A DNA stretch of 63,200 nucleotides, the filler included, from Pigoraptor vietnamica (taxonomy: Eukaryota), in the NCBI GenBank assembly GCA_943704525.1. It is 7 parts of 7 records of this genome, joined end to end, with 100 filler letters (N's around TTAATTAATTAA, not from the genome) between each part and the next. Parts side by side here need not be neighbours in the genome. Positions count along the whole stretch, not along the records: positions 14,563 to 29,319 come from CALSCQ010003382.1; positions 29,420 to 31,974 come from CALSCQ010003383.1; positions 32,075 to 35,068 come from CALSCQ010003384.1; positions 35,169 to 52,360 come from CALSCQ010003386.1; 3 more parts are not named here. One strand, written 5' to 3'. Below, in pieces: positions 24,563 through 36,462 of this stretch. The translations under genes and the position numbers were made by a program. The notes beneath the pieces were generated by a model. The model did no database searches. It was not told the DNA's origin and saw only the letters and a list, made by a program, of their open reading frames with translations. Numbering within the stretch: position 1 is the stretch's first letter; every line of letters begins with the position of its first letter.

Positions 24563-24736
24563 ATCTCGTCGTGACGGATGAGACAACAACTGCGAGATGA
24601 GAGACAGTGATATGTACAATCGACGCATCCGCACGCACGCACGCACGCTAAGCACGCACGCAGACGCAACCGCAGTATGTGCAACGCAAGTCAGCCACGC
24701 ACCACGCAATCGAGCAGCACACGGCCACGCTTAGAG

Positions 24737-25805
24737 TCAGCAGCCACACGCACCGTCCTGCGCTGGTGCCGCGCTGGGCGTCGATGTGTCCAGCTTGATC
24801 GTGTCGGGGGAAACAGGGGCCGATGGCCTCGGCGACGCCGCATCCACGCCGAGTGCCTTGGCAGCCACCGACTCAAACACTTCCGTGACGTGCATGCCCG
24901 TCTTTGCGCTCGTGATGAAGAACGGCGCGCCCTTGTCGTCCGCCCACGACTGCCCAAATTTCAACGCGGCTTCCCGCGCGGATGCGTCCGCCTCCACGAG
25001 GTCGTACTTTGCGGCGACGACGGCCATGACGCAATGCGGCTCCGTGTCCCGCACGAGCTTGTAGTGCCGATCGAGATCAGCATAAGAAGTCGGGTCCGAC
25101 GCATCTACAAATTAAACCAGCGTAGGAAAAAAAGGCCATGAGCACCAAAGCCACGAATGTGTAATGTGTTCAGCGAGGCCAGAACTAAGAAAATCCGACC
25201 CACCGAACACGAAAATCGCAGCGCCGGCGCCGCGGCAGTAAAACGCCGAGAGTGAGGAAAACTTTTCTTGGCCCGCAGTGTCCTGCACAAAGCGCACAAT
25301 AACTCCTCAGACGACTCGAGTCGCGAACGGTCGACAGCAGCTCAACATGAATTGCGAACAGAAGGCGCCCAAGCCTGTCAGTGAGACCCACCCATAGTCC
25401 CAGCTTATAGCCCCGCCATGATTTGAGAGCGAAAGATGCGCCTATTGTCTACATGTACGACAAGACCGAGCAGCAGGTCAGTGGGTATATCGCAATAAAG
25501 TGTGTGCATCCAGTGTCACATAAGTTACGGGCACTATTGCTGCAACTCACCGACATGGTGTTCGAGAATTGGTCGTTGATGTATCGCTGAATAAGACACG
25601 TCTTCCCCGCGCCGGAGGACCCAAGGAAGATGACCTTGAGATCGCTGCGAGTGTGCGCAACGAAATTCCAGTCACAACGCAATCGACCCGATTCTCGAGT
25701 GCACACGCGCAAAATCAGGCCGTACACTCCAGCGGCAGAGTAACACATGCACGGGCAAACTCACACTTTTACGCGCCCTTGCGGCGCCGCTGGAGCGTCC
25801 CCCAT
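24737..25805 (-). CDS. RAB20: Rab20-like small GTPase, 5 exons
   Basis: GSSGAGKT, TIGASFALKSWRGYKLGLWDTAGQE, YCRGA, AKYD, TSAKTG, C-terminal CGC prenylation motif. The short K.W..Y...W linker and YCRGA are Rab20 hallmarks. Confidence 0.8.
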
Positions 25806-26253
25806 TGTGCCAGCACTAAATTACTCAATTCAAGCCCCAGCCCGGCACGATAATAAGGCTGATTACTGGCTCAATGTCTGGTGAAGCGAATGAAAAACGT
25901 TCACAGGATCTCTCGTTCGCCAAAGTGACATGCGTTTGGTGTGTCTCCACTTAGCTGGGAATGAAAGCAACACCACCAGTCTCGGCCGGCGACGTTGACG
26001 TTCACGGGGGAAGTGAAAATAAGTATCTGAATAATTCATCTAGGTAGTACGCATGACGTGCTTATTTCCTCACATATGATACAACCAATTCATATTATAA
26101 GCCGAATAATTTGGTACGACGTTTCCGTTACGACGGAAAATATGCCTGAAACAGCAATGGCATTTTACTTCAGGTCCCCCTGCCACCGAGCCTCAAACGG
26201 CCCTCTCTTTCTCCGATTTACCTTCAGCGACACTGCGCCGACGCACGCGAAAG

Positions 26254-27039
26254 ATGGCGATCCTGCAGCGCGTGCACGTCGATCTCGGCGCGGGTCACTA
26301 TGCCGAGCCCTTCCACGCCGACACCTTCCTAAAGATGCCGGCCAACGCCCTCGTCAACGCCACGTACATCATCGCCGGCGCGCACTGGCTTCAGAAGGCG
26401 TGCACGGACCACCGCTTTATGGCCGCGGACTTCTTCATGGGCAACACGGGAAGGAGGTACTTCCGCATCTTCCCGTCGATGGCCATCGCCTACGCGCCGA
26501 TTCAGTTTGGTCGCATCGTGTTTCAGAACCGCCCCTTTGCCGTTGTTGACCAGTGGGTCACGCTGCCCATCTTCGCCGTCGCGTCGTATTGGGCGCACCA
26601 CGCTGCGAACGAGATCGAACGCGTGAGGGCTGCGGGCAGCCGCTCGAAGGTGCGCGGCGGACCCAAGGCGAGCCGACCTCTCGGCATTAGCCTCCCGTTG
26701 GCAACCGTGCTGTCGGTCGCGTCGTTTGCGCCTGCATTTTTCCACCGGCGGGGCTTTGAGGTTATGCTCGGTGCGCACATTGCGTCGGCGGTGTGGGGCG
26801 GCGTGCGTCTCCTGGAGCTGGCGCGCTGGGACGGTGCGTTGCTGAAGGACGTTGGCCTTGCCGTGGCTGCGTGCGCGGGATTCGTGGGTCTGAAGCTGCT
26901 CGATCACGACATCCCACTCGTGTGCGGAGTGCTCTCGGGGCACTTTTGGAGCAAGATATGCGACGCACTGCAGGTGCACTACTTGTGCCAGGTCATGCTG
27001 CGCGTGCACACGGCCCACTGGGAGCTCTTTGGCGTGTGA
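26254..27039 (+). CDS. TMEM187: Transmembrane protein 187, single exon
   Basis: HYAEP, MPANALVN, YAPIQF, VVDQWVTLPIFA, GFVGLKLLDH, GHFWSKICDALQVH. Confidence 0.9.
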   Translation: MAILQRVHVDLGAGHYAEPFHADTFLKMPANALVNATYIIAGAHWLQKACTDHRFMAADFFMGNTGRRYFRIFPSMAIAYAPIQFGRIVFQNRPFAVVDQWVTLPIFAVASYWAHHAANEIERVRAAGSRSKVRGGPKASRPLGISLPLATVLSVASFAPAFFHRRGFEVMLGAHIASAVWGGVRLLELARWDGALLKDVGLAVAACAGFVGLKLLDHDIPLVCGVLSGHFWSKICDALQVHYLCQVMLRVHTAHWELFGV

Positions 27040-27168
27040 GGCCAATTCAATCGCCAGTGAACGAGGGCGCACAACAGAGCATATTTAAGGATTGAGAGAA
27101 CAAAAAGAGGAAGGAGAGGGGAGGGAGGAGAGGGGAGGACATGTGTGCACTTGCAATTTATTGCGCAA

Positions 27169-27264
<96 letters not shown>

Positions 27265-27357
27265 ACACGACACACTGGCTACTCCCACAAAGGCTCGGGT
27301 CGACGCATCTTCCCTGCTGCGCACCCACTCCACAGCCAAGCACGCTCACTTACTCGA

Positions 27358-29187
27358 TCACTCCGACCCCTCCCTGTCAAGCGAAGCGATAATCGCCCCT
27401 CGGAAGTACACACCCTCGTAGATGTTGGGCGCGCTCTCGTTTCCCGTCCGCTCTGCTCCTGGCGCGTGAAAGCGCTTGAGGACCCCGCCCCGCTGACCGG
27501 GATCGTCCCAAAGCCCGTCCTCCAGAAACGGCACCTTGGCAAACGGGTGCTGCGGCTTCTCACCATGCCCCATGGCGTGCATGATGTCCGCCGCCGTGCA
27601 CGCAAACACGGTGTTCACGTGCTCCGAGACGCCCCCGTCGACGCCGCTCTCCTCGTAGCGGTAGTGCACGACAGGCATGAGCGTCAGGCGAAATTTCCGG
27701 CCCCCATCGCCCAACCGCGCCTCCGCCAGCGCGCGGTACAATTCCGCGTCAATGCCCTTGAGAGAGAGCCCGTTGCTCTGCGCCGCCAACGCAGCCATCG
27801 TGTACTTGTGGTCGAGGAGAAAACCCACGTTCCCGCTGTGCCGGCCCGCGATCGACGCCGCACATTCCGCAATGATCGTCCGCAGCTCCGACGCCGTTGT
27901 GACGTCAGACGTAGACTCGGTATCCTTCGCTACGTACGTGTTGTTGTACGTATGGCTCTCTGTGCGAGGGAGAACCGGTCCATCGCGAGGGACCATCGCA
28001 AACGTGACAGTAACACGCGCTCCAGACGTCACTTTCGCAATCTCATGCGGACAGTCGCCAAAAAATGCGCACCAATGAATGCAGTCGCCGCCTTGCGACG
28101 AATTGAAAGCCACTGTCCGCGCCCCGTGTGTGACAGTGAGCTCTCCACCCTTGTGTTTGACGGGCAGCGCAACGACGACCGTCCCCAGCATGTCGCCGCG
28201 CACCGGCGTGTCGACGTGTGAGCGAAAGAAGCCGCCAGGACCGTACACATTGAGGCGGTACGGAGTGAGCGTCACCCCGCCCTCCCCACACAGGAGCGTG
28301 TCCTCCACCTCCCGACGAATCGCCTCGAGAGCAGTGTCCCATGCCGGGCCTTGCACGCGAAACTTGTCCGCCGTAATTTCAAACGCCACACGCACCTCTG
28401 GGTCCACCACCGTCTTCATCGAACGGAGATCTCCAAAGGGCGCCTCGCGCGCAGCACCGCACAGCTCTGCGAGCAGCTCCGTGGGTTGGCGATCGCGATA
28501 CTTCGAATCGCTGATCATGACGGTCGTCCACTTGTCCCCATTCAGGACATCCACGGAGACAGCAGCCCGAACAAACCCCTCTGCGTAGAAGCACTTCCCC
28601 TTCCGCAGCGCACGGCGCGCAAGCACAATGGCTTCCGCAGCGCCGCCGTCGCCACACGCGCCAGCAATCGTCCGAATGTCGGCCACGCTGAGCGTCAGCT
28701 TGCCGTGGCGGACTTGTTCGGCGATCGAGTAATAGAATTCGGCGAGCTTTTTCCCCTCGGCCTCATACCAGTGCGTGACCTCGCCCTCCTCGACAAAGTC
28801 CGACCTAGGGTCGAGTATCGTGGGAAGACTGGGGTGCTCGAAGCTGCCGCACGTGTCGTCGTCCACGACAAAGCCGAGCGACGTGAGGGAAATCTTCGGC
28901 ACTTCGTCCTTCGTCCGCGAGATGCCCTCGACAATCGCGTGAAAGTGAACGTACGCCTCGATCATGTCCGAAGGGGAAAACGGGGCCGCATCCACGCGGG
29001 CGCTCGCAGCCGTCGCATCGCCACCCGCGCCCACCGCTGTGTGCAAAGGTTGGTGAGAAGGCGAGGAGGTGGCGCTCACGTGGGCCATTTTCGATGGGAC
29101 CGGCAGCCCTCGCGCAAGCGTGTGCTTGGTGGATGCTGCGAATGAACGCGCGAACGTTCGCGCCACACTTGTGAGCCTGACGAGCAT
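27358..29187 (-). CDS. 2-oxoglutarate/Fe(II)-dependent dioxygenase, intronless, with probable mitochondrial presequence
   Basis: YRLNVYGPGGFFRSHVDTP (HxD), GTVVVALP..H.GGEL, FFGDCPHEI..VTSGARVTVTF (H...R); Arg/Ser/Thr-rich acid-free N-terminus. Confidence 0.88.
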   Translation of the reverse strand: MLVRLTSVARTFARSFAASTKHTLARGLPVPSKMAHVSATSSPSHQPLHTAVGAGGDATAASARVDAAPFSPSDMIEAYVHFHAIVEGISRTKDEVPKISLTSLGFVVDDDTCGSFEHPSLPTILDPRSDFVEEGEVTHWYEAEGKKLAEFYYSIAEQVRHGKLTLSVADIRTIAGACGDGGAAEAIVLARRALRKGKCFYAEGFVRAAVSVDVLNGDKWTTVMISDSKYRDRQPTELLAELCGAAREAPFGDLRSMKTVVDPEVRVAFEITADKFRVQGPAWDTALEAIRREVEDTLLCGEGGVTLTPYRLNVYGPGGFFRSHVDTPVRGDMLGTVVVALPVKHKGGELTVTHGARTVAFNSSQGGDCIHWCAFFGDCPHEIAKVTSGARVTVTFAMVPRDGPVLPRTESHTYNNTYVAKDTESTSDVTTASELRTIIAECAASIAGRHSGNVGFLLDHKYTMAALAAQSNGLSLKGIDAELYRALAEARLGDGGRKFRLTLMPVVHYRYEESGVDGGVSEHVNTVFACTAADIMHAMGHGEKPQHPFAKVPFLEDGLWDDPGQRGGVLKRFHAPGAERTGNESAPNIYEGVYFRGAIIASLDREGSE

Positions 29188-29247
29188 GGCTCGAAGGCTC
29201 TCGCTCTTAACGCGCGTGAGTGGATGTGCTGTGTGTGTGCGTGTGCG

Positions 29248-29319
<72 letters not shown>

Positions 29320-29790
29320 NNNNNNNNNNNNNNNNNNNNNNNNNNNNNNNNNNNNNNNNNNNNTTAATTAATTAANNNNNNNNNNNNNNNNNNNNNNNNN
29401 NNNNNNNNNNNNNNNNNNNCACCAATAAACGGTGAAAGGGAAAGAAGAAGAGAAGAGGTGACCGCACGCAAGGCCATTCGAATTCAAATAACCCCGCGGG
29501 TGCAATCACGTGACGCCCCGCCCCGTATGTGAAGGCTAAACCGGCACTTCACAACAATGGATCTCCCATTTTCCGCGAAAGGCGAACCGTTTCTTTACTA
29601 TAAAAGGGTATTTTGGTAGATGTTATCTTTCTTTGGTAGTTAGTATTCTCCGCAAGTCTCATTCGCTTGCCGAAGTCTCGGTTGTTTACCACGTGCAAGA
29701 CAACGAAGTGGAGCACACCGCCGGACTTCGCCACGGCTGAGTGAAACCGTCGTGCGATTCAAAAAGTCTTGCAAAAACACTACCGGCAAC

Positions 29791-30834
29791 ATGACAGTGA
29801 CGCGTCGCTCGGCGCGCCTCCAGAAGGGCGGGGATGCGGATGGGTCGTCGCAGCAGAGCCTCTCGCAATCGACCGTGACGGATTCGCAGCCTTCCCAGGG
29901 CTCCCAGCCGACGTCGCAGCCGGATGCGCCCGCCACCCCTTCGCGTGGATCCCGGCGAAAGGGGCGGCCCGTCAAGAGTGAGGCGAAGGTTGCGGTCGAG
30001 GAACCCGAGCCCGTCGAAGTCGCTGCGCCGCGGGAAGCACAGACGGTTTCTGTGGCGGACCCCACAGCGACTGATGCGAACGTCGGTACCATATCGGCCC
30101 CTGCGGCTGCGACGAGCGCAGAAAAGACAAATGAGAGCGCCAAAATTGCGAATGCGGATGCGAAGAACGGCATGAAGAAGGGAGACGGAAAGAAGAACAA
30201 GGATGGGCCTGTCGTGGTGCCGACTGTGCGCGGCAAGGCGAAGTCAGGCCGAGTGTGGAAGACTGTGCAATCGCAACCGTGGGTAATTTCAGTGTCTCGA
30301 TCATTTTTCGTTGTCAGTCACGTGTGCTGCATGCACTGTTTTTTTACGTCTCCAATTGATGACGCTGTCTCTGCAGTGCATCTCGTCTCAACGCGAGCAT
30401 GAAGCGTTCGAGCAAGGCTTTTGAGAAGCGCGCCGCGGAAGACAAGTTGAGGAAAGCGATCAAGGAGGTCGAGAGGCGGCAGAAGGAGGAAGCAGAGCGC
30501 CTGCGACAGGTACGCCGGGGGACGTGCGTGGCGTAAAGCGTGACGTTGATTCTGTGTGTTGTGTCTGTCTCATCTCGTCTCTCGACGAACTGCAGGAGCA
30601 CCGGCAGCGTGTGGCCGAGGCAAAGAGGAGGAGAGAGGAGAACGAAAAGAAGTCTCAAGTGGTGCAGATGGTGGGTTTTGAATGCGTGCCCTGTGAGTCG
30701 CGCCGTACGCGTAGCTTCTCTTCTTCGCCAATGGAATTTCGAACACTGTCTCCTTTCTTCCGCCGCAGATTACCAACTCTGCCAAGATCAAGCGCATGAA
30801 GCGCAAACAGCTCAAGCAGATTGAGACGCGATAA
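29791..30834 (+). CDS. CCDC86: CCDC86/Cgr1-family nucleolar ribosome-biogenesis protein, 4 exons
   Basis: RGKAKSGRVWK; RRREENEKKSQVVQ|ITNSAKIKRMKRKQLKQIETR*. Confidence 0.88.
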
Positions 30835-30966
30835 AGAATCTTTGTGCTCAGTTTCGCTCAGTTTTTCAGCTTGTACGGCACAACCGAAATGAACGCTCGC
30901 ATGGCACGCACGCGCACGCGCACGCGCACAACGCAAAACGACGTACGGCAAAATCAGCAATCACGC

Positions 30967-31551
30967 TTAGGAGCCATCAGACGTGTTCTGGGCGTCCTTG
31001 TTGCGGTAACGCCCGTTCTCGTCAAAGTCTTCCAGGAGCAGTTCGAGCGCCGCAAGGCCCTCCGTCGCTAGCTTGACGGCCTCTCCCTTCTGGCGGAGGA
31101 AATCCTCGACGTTCTTCCCGTCAAAGTGATTGAACCAGCCGAGATTGTCGGCGATTAGATGCAGTTTTTGGCAGCCGGGACAGCGCACGATCACGATTCC
31201 CTTCTGGTACGAGTGCTTCGTAAACTGTTTCGTGGAGCGCGTCTCGCACGAACGGCACGTGAAGAATATCTGCATCATGGGCTTGATGGCGGCGACGGCA
31301 TGCTGCTTTCCCTCCGCTGCGGCGGCATCATTCTTGTGGGCCTTATGTAGCAACACCGACGACGACGCAATGGTGCGAATCGGAGGGAAAAAGCGGGCGG
31401 CGGCAGTGGCGACAGCTGGTCGCAGGGACTGGCGTGTGGATGCGACAGTGTAGGGCGGCACCGACACACCACTCCGTCCGCCGCTTAGTGCGCGGAGGGG
31501 AGCGCGCCGCACGGAGGCCGCCGCGCTACGCCACAGCAAGCGTAAGGACAT
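30967..31551 (-). CDS. DNLZ: Mitochondrial DNL zinc-finger Hsp70 escort protein (Zim17/Tim15/Hep1)
   Basis: FTCRSCETRS...SYQKGIVIVRCPGCQKLHLIADNLGWF, NVEDFLRQKGE; presequence-like N-terminus. Confidence 0.95.
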   Translation of the reverse strand: MSLRLLWRSAAASVRRAPLRALSGGRSGVSVPPYTVASTRQSLRPAVATAAARFFPPIRTIASSSVLLHKAHKNDAAAAEGKQHAVAAIKPMMQIFFTCRSCETRSTKQFTKHSYQKGIVIVRCPGCQKLHLIADNLGWFNHFDGKNVEDFLRQKGEAVKLATEGLAALELLLEDFDENGRYRNKDAQNTSDGS

Positions 31552-32161
31552 GTTTCAACTGCAAATATGACGCCTGTTCCGCCTTTGCGTTTCCTAACTC
31601 TCGGTCGGTGCCGTCAATTTCGGCTGGCACGCGTCGGCAGGTAGTAACAATGCGTAACATTAATTTGCCGAGATCTCGATGTTGTCAGGGACCGAGTGAT
31701 TGGCTTAAAGGACCCCTTGGATAAATTTTTTTTCACGGGGGGTGAAAAATAATTCAAATTTTTGAATAAGCCGCTTATTTATAGCATTTGGCGGGAAAGC
31801 TTTGCCTTTCAAGGCCACTCGCGTTTGCAGTATGGACTTCTTTGAGGTATTCGCATGCAGCAATGTCCTTTTTTGAAGAAGCTGTATATATGTGTGTTGC
31901 CTCCGTTGCTACCGGGGGCAACATGCGCAGCCACAAGCGTAAATGTAAGGCGGCGCGGATAAGATTTTGCATCANNNNNNNNNNNNNNNNNNNNNNNNNN
32001 NNNNNNNNNNNNNNNNNNTTAATTAATTAANNNNNNNNNNNNNNNNNNNNNNNNNNNNNNNNNNNNNNNNNNNNGGGGGGGGGGGGTGGAATCCACTACT
32101 GCCCTACTGTTGTCGCCGTTGAAGAGCCGATCCCTCGGTTAATGTGCCGTCTGATGCGCAG

Positions 32162-32939
32162 TTGGCTCGCCCGCATACTCGAGACGGAGCAGAAGAAGAC
32201 GGAATTCCGTCCGAACGACGACGACCTCGCCGTGTTCACGCTGCCGTGCACGCAGGCGTGCCGAAAGTGCTGCCGTTTCTTCATGAAGCAGCGCGAGTCG
32301 GTGCAGAACGCGCTCGACGGCTTCAACTCGGAGGGCTTTCTCACGGCCCTTGCGCTCCGCTTCCACCGCGTGCTCACCGACCACGTGCGCGGGCTGACGG
32401 TCAACACGCTGGGCGGCATCCTCCTCACGCGGGACATTGCAGAGTACACGAGCTGGTGCGTGCAGCCTCAACTCTCTGCGGAATGTCTGCCGCGGTTTGC
32501 GGCTGATATCTCCCACACTTGTTTTGTCTTCTTTCTCATTCTGTTTAACGCTATATTCCTATTGCGCATCGCAGCATTCGTGGCATCAAGAGCCCACTCG
32601 TGAATGAGACGTTTGAGTTGCTCCGCGAAATTGGCAACTTGTATGTCGTCCGTCCGGAGAACCTGCGCCAGGTGAGCGTGGTGCCATTGCCAGTTCACCG
32701 GAGCTGCCATGTGTGCATTTTCGCTCCAAGGTTGGGAGGGAGAAGGGGGCGGGGGGCATTTTCTTATAGACCCGTTCTTCATTCCTCACGCTCGCTTGGC
32801 CGTGTTGCCTTGTCCCTGTTGTGCGCAGGTGTGCTCTGAGGGGCGCCTCGTCAAGCTCGACCGAGAGACGCTCATGGGCTTCGTGCGGCTGCGCAGCGAC
32901 TTCAAAACGGCCGCCATCGCCAAACAGTTTGAGACATAG
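32162..32939 (+). CDS. EXOC5: Exocyst component 5 (Sec10), 3' exons only
   Basis: TEQKKTEFRP, CTQAC, LDGFN, GGILLTRDIAEY, FELLREIGNLYVVRPENL, FVRLRSDFK. Confidence 0.9.
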
Positions 32940-33232
32940 CACGTGTGCCAGGCGCCAATTTATGGATGGTCTTTGCATACGGGTGTGAATGAAACGTAGG
33001 ACTCGGACACCGAGCGGCCCGGTCACGTGACAGGATTAATCGGGAGTATTCCCGAGGGACTTACCGACAAGCCGGTGCCGTCGAGCTTGTTGAAGATACA
33101 AAATGTATCTTCACTTGCGTTGGGCAATCCCGCTTCTATTGTGCCTCGCACGACACTCTTGTGCGTGCACCCGGTGATCGTAACGGCCGGCTCCGTCGGC
33201 GGCGTAACATACGGGCTGTCACCAAATCAGTG

Positions 33233-34548
33233 ATGGCACCCATTGACAGAGTTTTCATCGCAGCAGTGGCTTTGGGCCTCGCTGCCAGCGTTGCCCTGGG
33301 CACACCAGAGGTCAACGACACGACGCTCTTCATCGAAGCCGGAACGCATGCCGCAACCCTGCGCGTTCAAGGCGCATCTGGGGTTAAGACTCTTGTTCTC
33401 GATGCTGGCGAGAACGGATCCGTCGTCGTGAACAGTCCACTCTACGGCGCTACGGTGCAATCCCTGCTCAAGAGAATTGAGAGCCTGGAGCTGGTTCAAG
33501 CATCATCTATTGCGGAGGTACTGTATGTGTGTGCTCTAAATTGACCACGGCTGCCCAGTCCGGCAGAGTACCTGGTGCGCACTATATATATTCCTGTCAG
33601 CCTGACCAAAGCTCTCGGCTGCGACGATTTCGTGCTGATGCCCCTTTTTTTTCATCAGCTGACGCAAGCCGTGAAGTCTCTGCAGACGAGCCTCCAAGAC
33701 TGCAGGAAAAATCTCACTTCCCTAAATGGTTGGTTGTCAGTTGGGCTGGCGCAAGGCCATGCCAGCATCGGCTACCATCAGACTGTCTGTGCATAACTGT
33801 GACCATGCCGTGCTCAGCAAACTGGCCTTTCAGTTCGCCCGACTCCGCTGTTTCAATCGACTGACGGAGAGTTACTTGGAATATTGTAACGGCGCAGATA
33901 CACTGGCTTCCTTGACGGCAAACGTCATGACGTTCCACGGCTCCGTCACGCAGGTAATTGGACTCAAGCCAGCTTTTAGTCGGTGGCACCACCACGCCGA
34001 CTGAAGCCGAGGGAGTACTGACTCAGCTGTATGTTGGGCTGCCGGACGGCTTACACTGAATAGTCAGCGCCAGGCGTTCACCCAAGCAAACTCTAACACC
34101 TCCCTGCTCCGTCATTCTTTTTGTCCAACAGGCGCTCTCATGCCCTCCCGATACTGTTGTGTCGGGAGCATCTTGCACCCTGCAAGTGATCCAAAACACG
34201 TCGTCGTATCAGGGTGCCGCATTGGCCTGCGCCGAAAAGAAACTGCGCATCTGCTCCGCGGAAGAACTCACGCTACTGTGCCTGCGAAGTCGCAGTAATC
34301 CTTCAGCCCCTGTTGGTGCGGCTCTTGACGTTCCCTTCCCTGATAACGAGTGGCTGTGGACGGACCATCGATACCTTGCCTTCCAGGGAACGACAATGTA
34401 CAATGCCGTTGTGATGTTCAAGCGTATGGGAGCTGATTGCATCGGAAGCTACAACTACCAAAACGGGGACGTGGCTGCCGGCGTGAACTTTAATAGTCCA
34501 AACGCTTCGTTTCGCTTTTTTTGTTGTCGCTCAACGCGGTCCCCATAA
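33233..34548 (+). CDS. Secreted protein: signal peptide, beta-rich segment, coiled coil, C-terminal C-type-lectin-fold-like domain; ~4 exons
   Basis: Hydrophobic N-terminus; heptads LLKRIESLE..LTQAVKSLQTSL; YQGAALACAEKKLRICSAEEL..WLW..FRFFCC. Confidence 0.55.
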
Positions 34549-34695
34549 TCAGCAACTATTAACGAGTGCTGCATAAAGGAGCTAACCATATAATTACTCA
34601 GGAGTACAAGGCTCTACTGGTGTGGCTGCACAAGCGACCGCGTTGAGTTCTACAGCACATTACACATTTATGTACGTTGCAATCAATTCCCAGTG

Positions 34696-34940
34696 TCACA
34701 CAGCCGGCAGCTTCCGCTTCCGCATGCGCACCACGTTGGGCGTGATTTCGACGACCTCGTCCTCGGCAATGTACGTGATGGCCTCTTCGATGGTGAACTT
34801 GCGAGCGGGTGGCAGGATGACGTTGTCGTCCTTCATCATGGTCCGCACGTTCGAGCCCTTCTTCTGCCGCGAGGGATTCACCTCGAGGTCGTTGGCGCCC
34901 CGGTTCGACTCGCCGACAATCATCCCGGGATACACCTCCT
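34696..34940 (-). CDS. typA: Translational GTPase TypA/BipA, last exon only
   Basis: VYPGMIVGE..R..DLEVNP..QKK.SNVR...LPPARKFTIEEAITYIAEDEVVEITP..VRMRK, preceded by a splice acceptor, so a nuclear gene. Confidence 0.9.
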
Positions 34941-35019
34941 GCGCAACAAGGCGATATCAAGGCAGCCGGTCAGAAACAATAAAAATACTCAGAAAGACGC
35001 CCTTTCACGAGAGGAGGAG

Positions 35020-35068
<49 letters not shown>

Positions 35069-35168
35069 NNNNNNNNNNNNNNNNNNNNNNNNNNNNNNNN
35101 NNNNNNNNNNNNTTAATTAATTAANNNNNNNNNNNNNNNNNNNNNNNNNNNNNNNNNNNNNNNNNNNN

Positions 35169-35595
35169 GGGGGGGAGGGGGAGGCACAGAGTTGCGTCTA
35201 CGTCGTGTTGGAGGATCGCTTCGCTTGAGAGAGTGCGCGGAAACATGCAAGCGCAAATGCGACGCACCATATCTCTCGACGCCCGTGATCGTGCGGCCAA
35301 CAAGCGACTGCTTGAGCGTTTTGGCGGATTCCACATCAAAGACGAGCGGATCGTCGTCCTGCAACGCGCAAACAATGGCCTTCAGACCTCGCTGCCATGC
35401 CCTACAGAGCCAACACAAGTAATCGACACGCGCGTCCCGAATCAAAGCTTCCACGCCCCACCCCCTGGAGCATGCGCGCAAAAAACGTGCGTCGCAAGAG
35501 CGCGCGCTCACCGCGGTTGCCGACGTGATCTTGTGTCCTTTGCACGCGCCTTGGATGAGGCAGCGCATGGCCTCCACGTCGGGCAGTTCGGGCAT
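35169..35595 (-). CDS. Formamidopyrimidine-DNA glycosylase (Fpg/MutM family), 5' exons only
   Basis: MPELPDVE catalytic N-terminus; DDPLVF...LVGRTITGVERYG. Confidence 0.85.
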
Positions 35596-35869
35596 CTTTC
35601 TGCACAATCGGCGTCTGTGCCACAAACAGAGCCTGCGTATCTTGCTGAAGACCTTCGCTCGTTTCGTGGACGAAACTCGCGCTCAGACGAATGCGTCGAG
35701 TCTCCGTTGCGAAAGTACTTGGGTGCGATATATATGTGTCTGTGTGTGTGTGTGTGTGTGTGTGCTCTGTGTGGGCGTTGGCGATTGGTGGTGACGTGAA
35801 ATTCGCCGCGCAATGAAACAGCAAATTGGAAATCGAAGTGAGAGTATTTTCCGCTCCCCGTTTTCGGCG

Positions 35870-36421
35870 ATGCACGCACTTGTTCGTGCACATGGGGTGC
35901 TCGGGAGTGCCTTGGGGCGACGATGCGCCAGTGTTCTCTACGCGCGCGTGCCGTGTGTTCAGCCGCGAAGGCCGCTGTTCGCGTTCCTGCGGCGCGAAGC
36001 GCCTGCTGTGCACGTGAAACCACCGGTCGCATCGAAGCCAGAGCTGCCAGCGCATGGGCCCGTCGTGTTTTCCTGGTGCGTGTGCGTGTGTGTGTGTGGG
36101 GGGGGGGGGGGGGGGGGGGAGGAACCGTGTGTAAGTATGTGTTGGCGATGTGCGCTGTTATCTTATCGGAGTATTCTCAGGGGCGCTGGGGAAGACGGAC
36201 AACTCGGTCGCGCGCCACACAACACCCTCCCATCTCCGGTGACGTTCGAAGAAAACGCACCGAAGCACGTCGTGTCAAGTCTATCGTGTGGCATGGTGCA
36301 CGCCACGGCCGTCGTCGCGGGGGGTCTCTACTGCTGGTGCGTGTGGCCGCACGCACCGCGTGCGAGTGTCTTCATGTGTGTGACATGTCTGTGTGGGAGC
36401 CATGTGGTTAACATGTCGCGT

Positions 36422-36462
<41 letters not shown>

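Noticed and set aside
31775..31972. Possible 3' end of a gene at the contig edge
   Set aside because: Short, with no recognisable motif.
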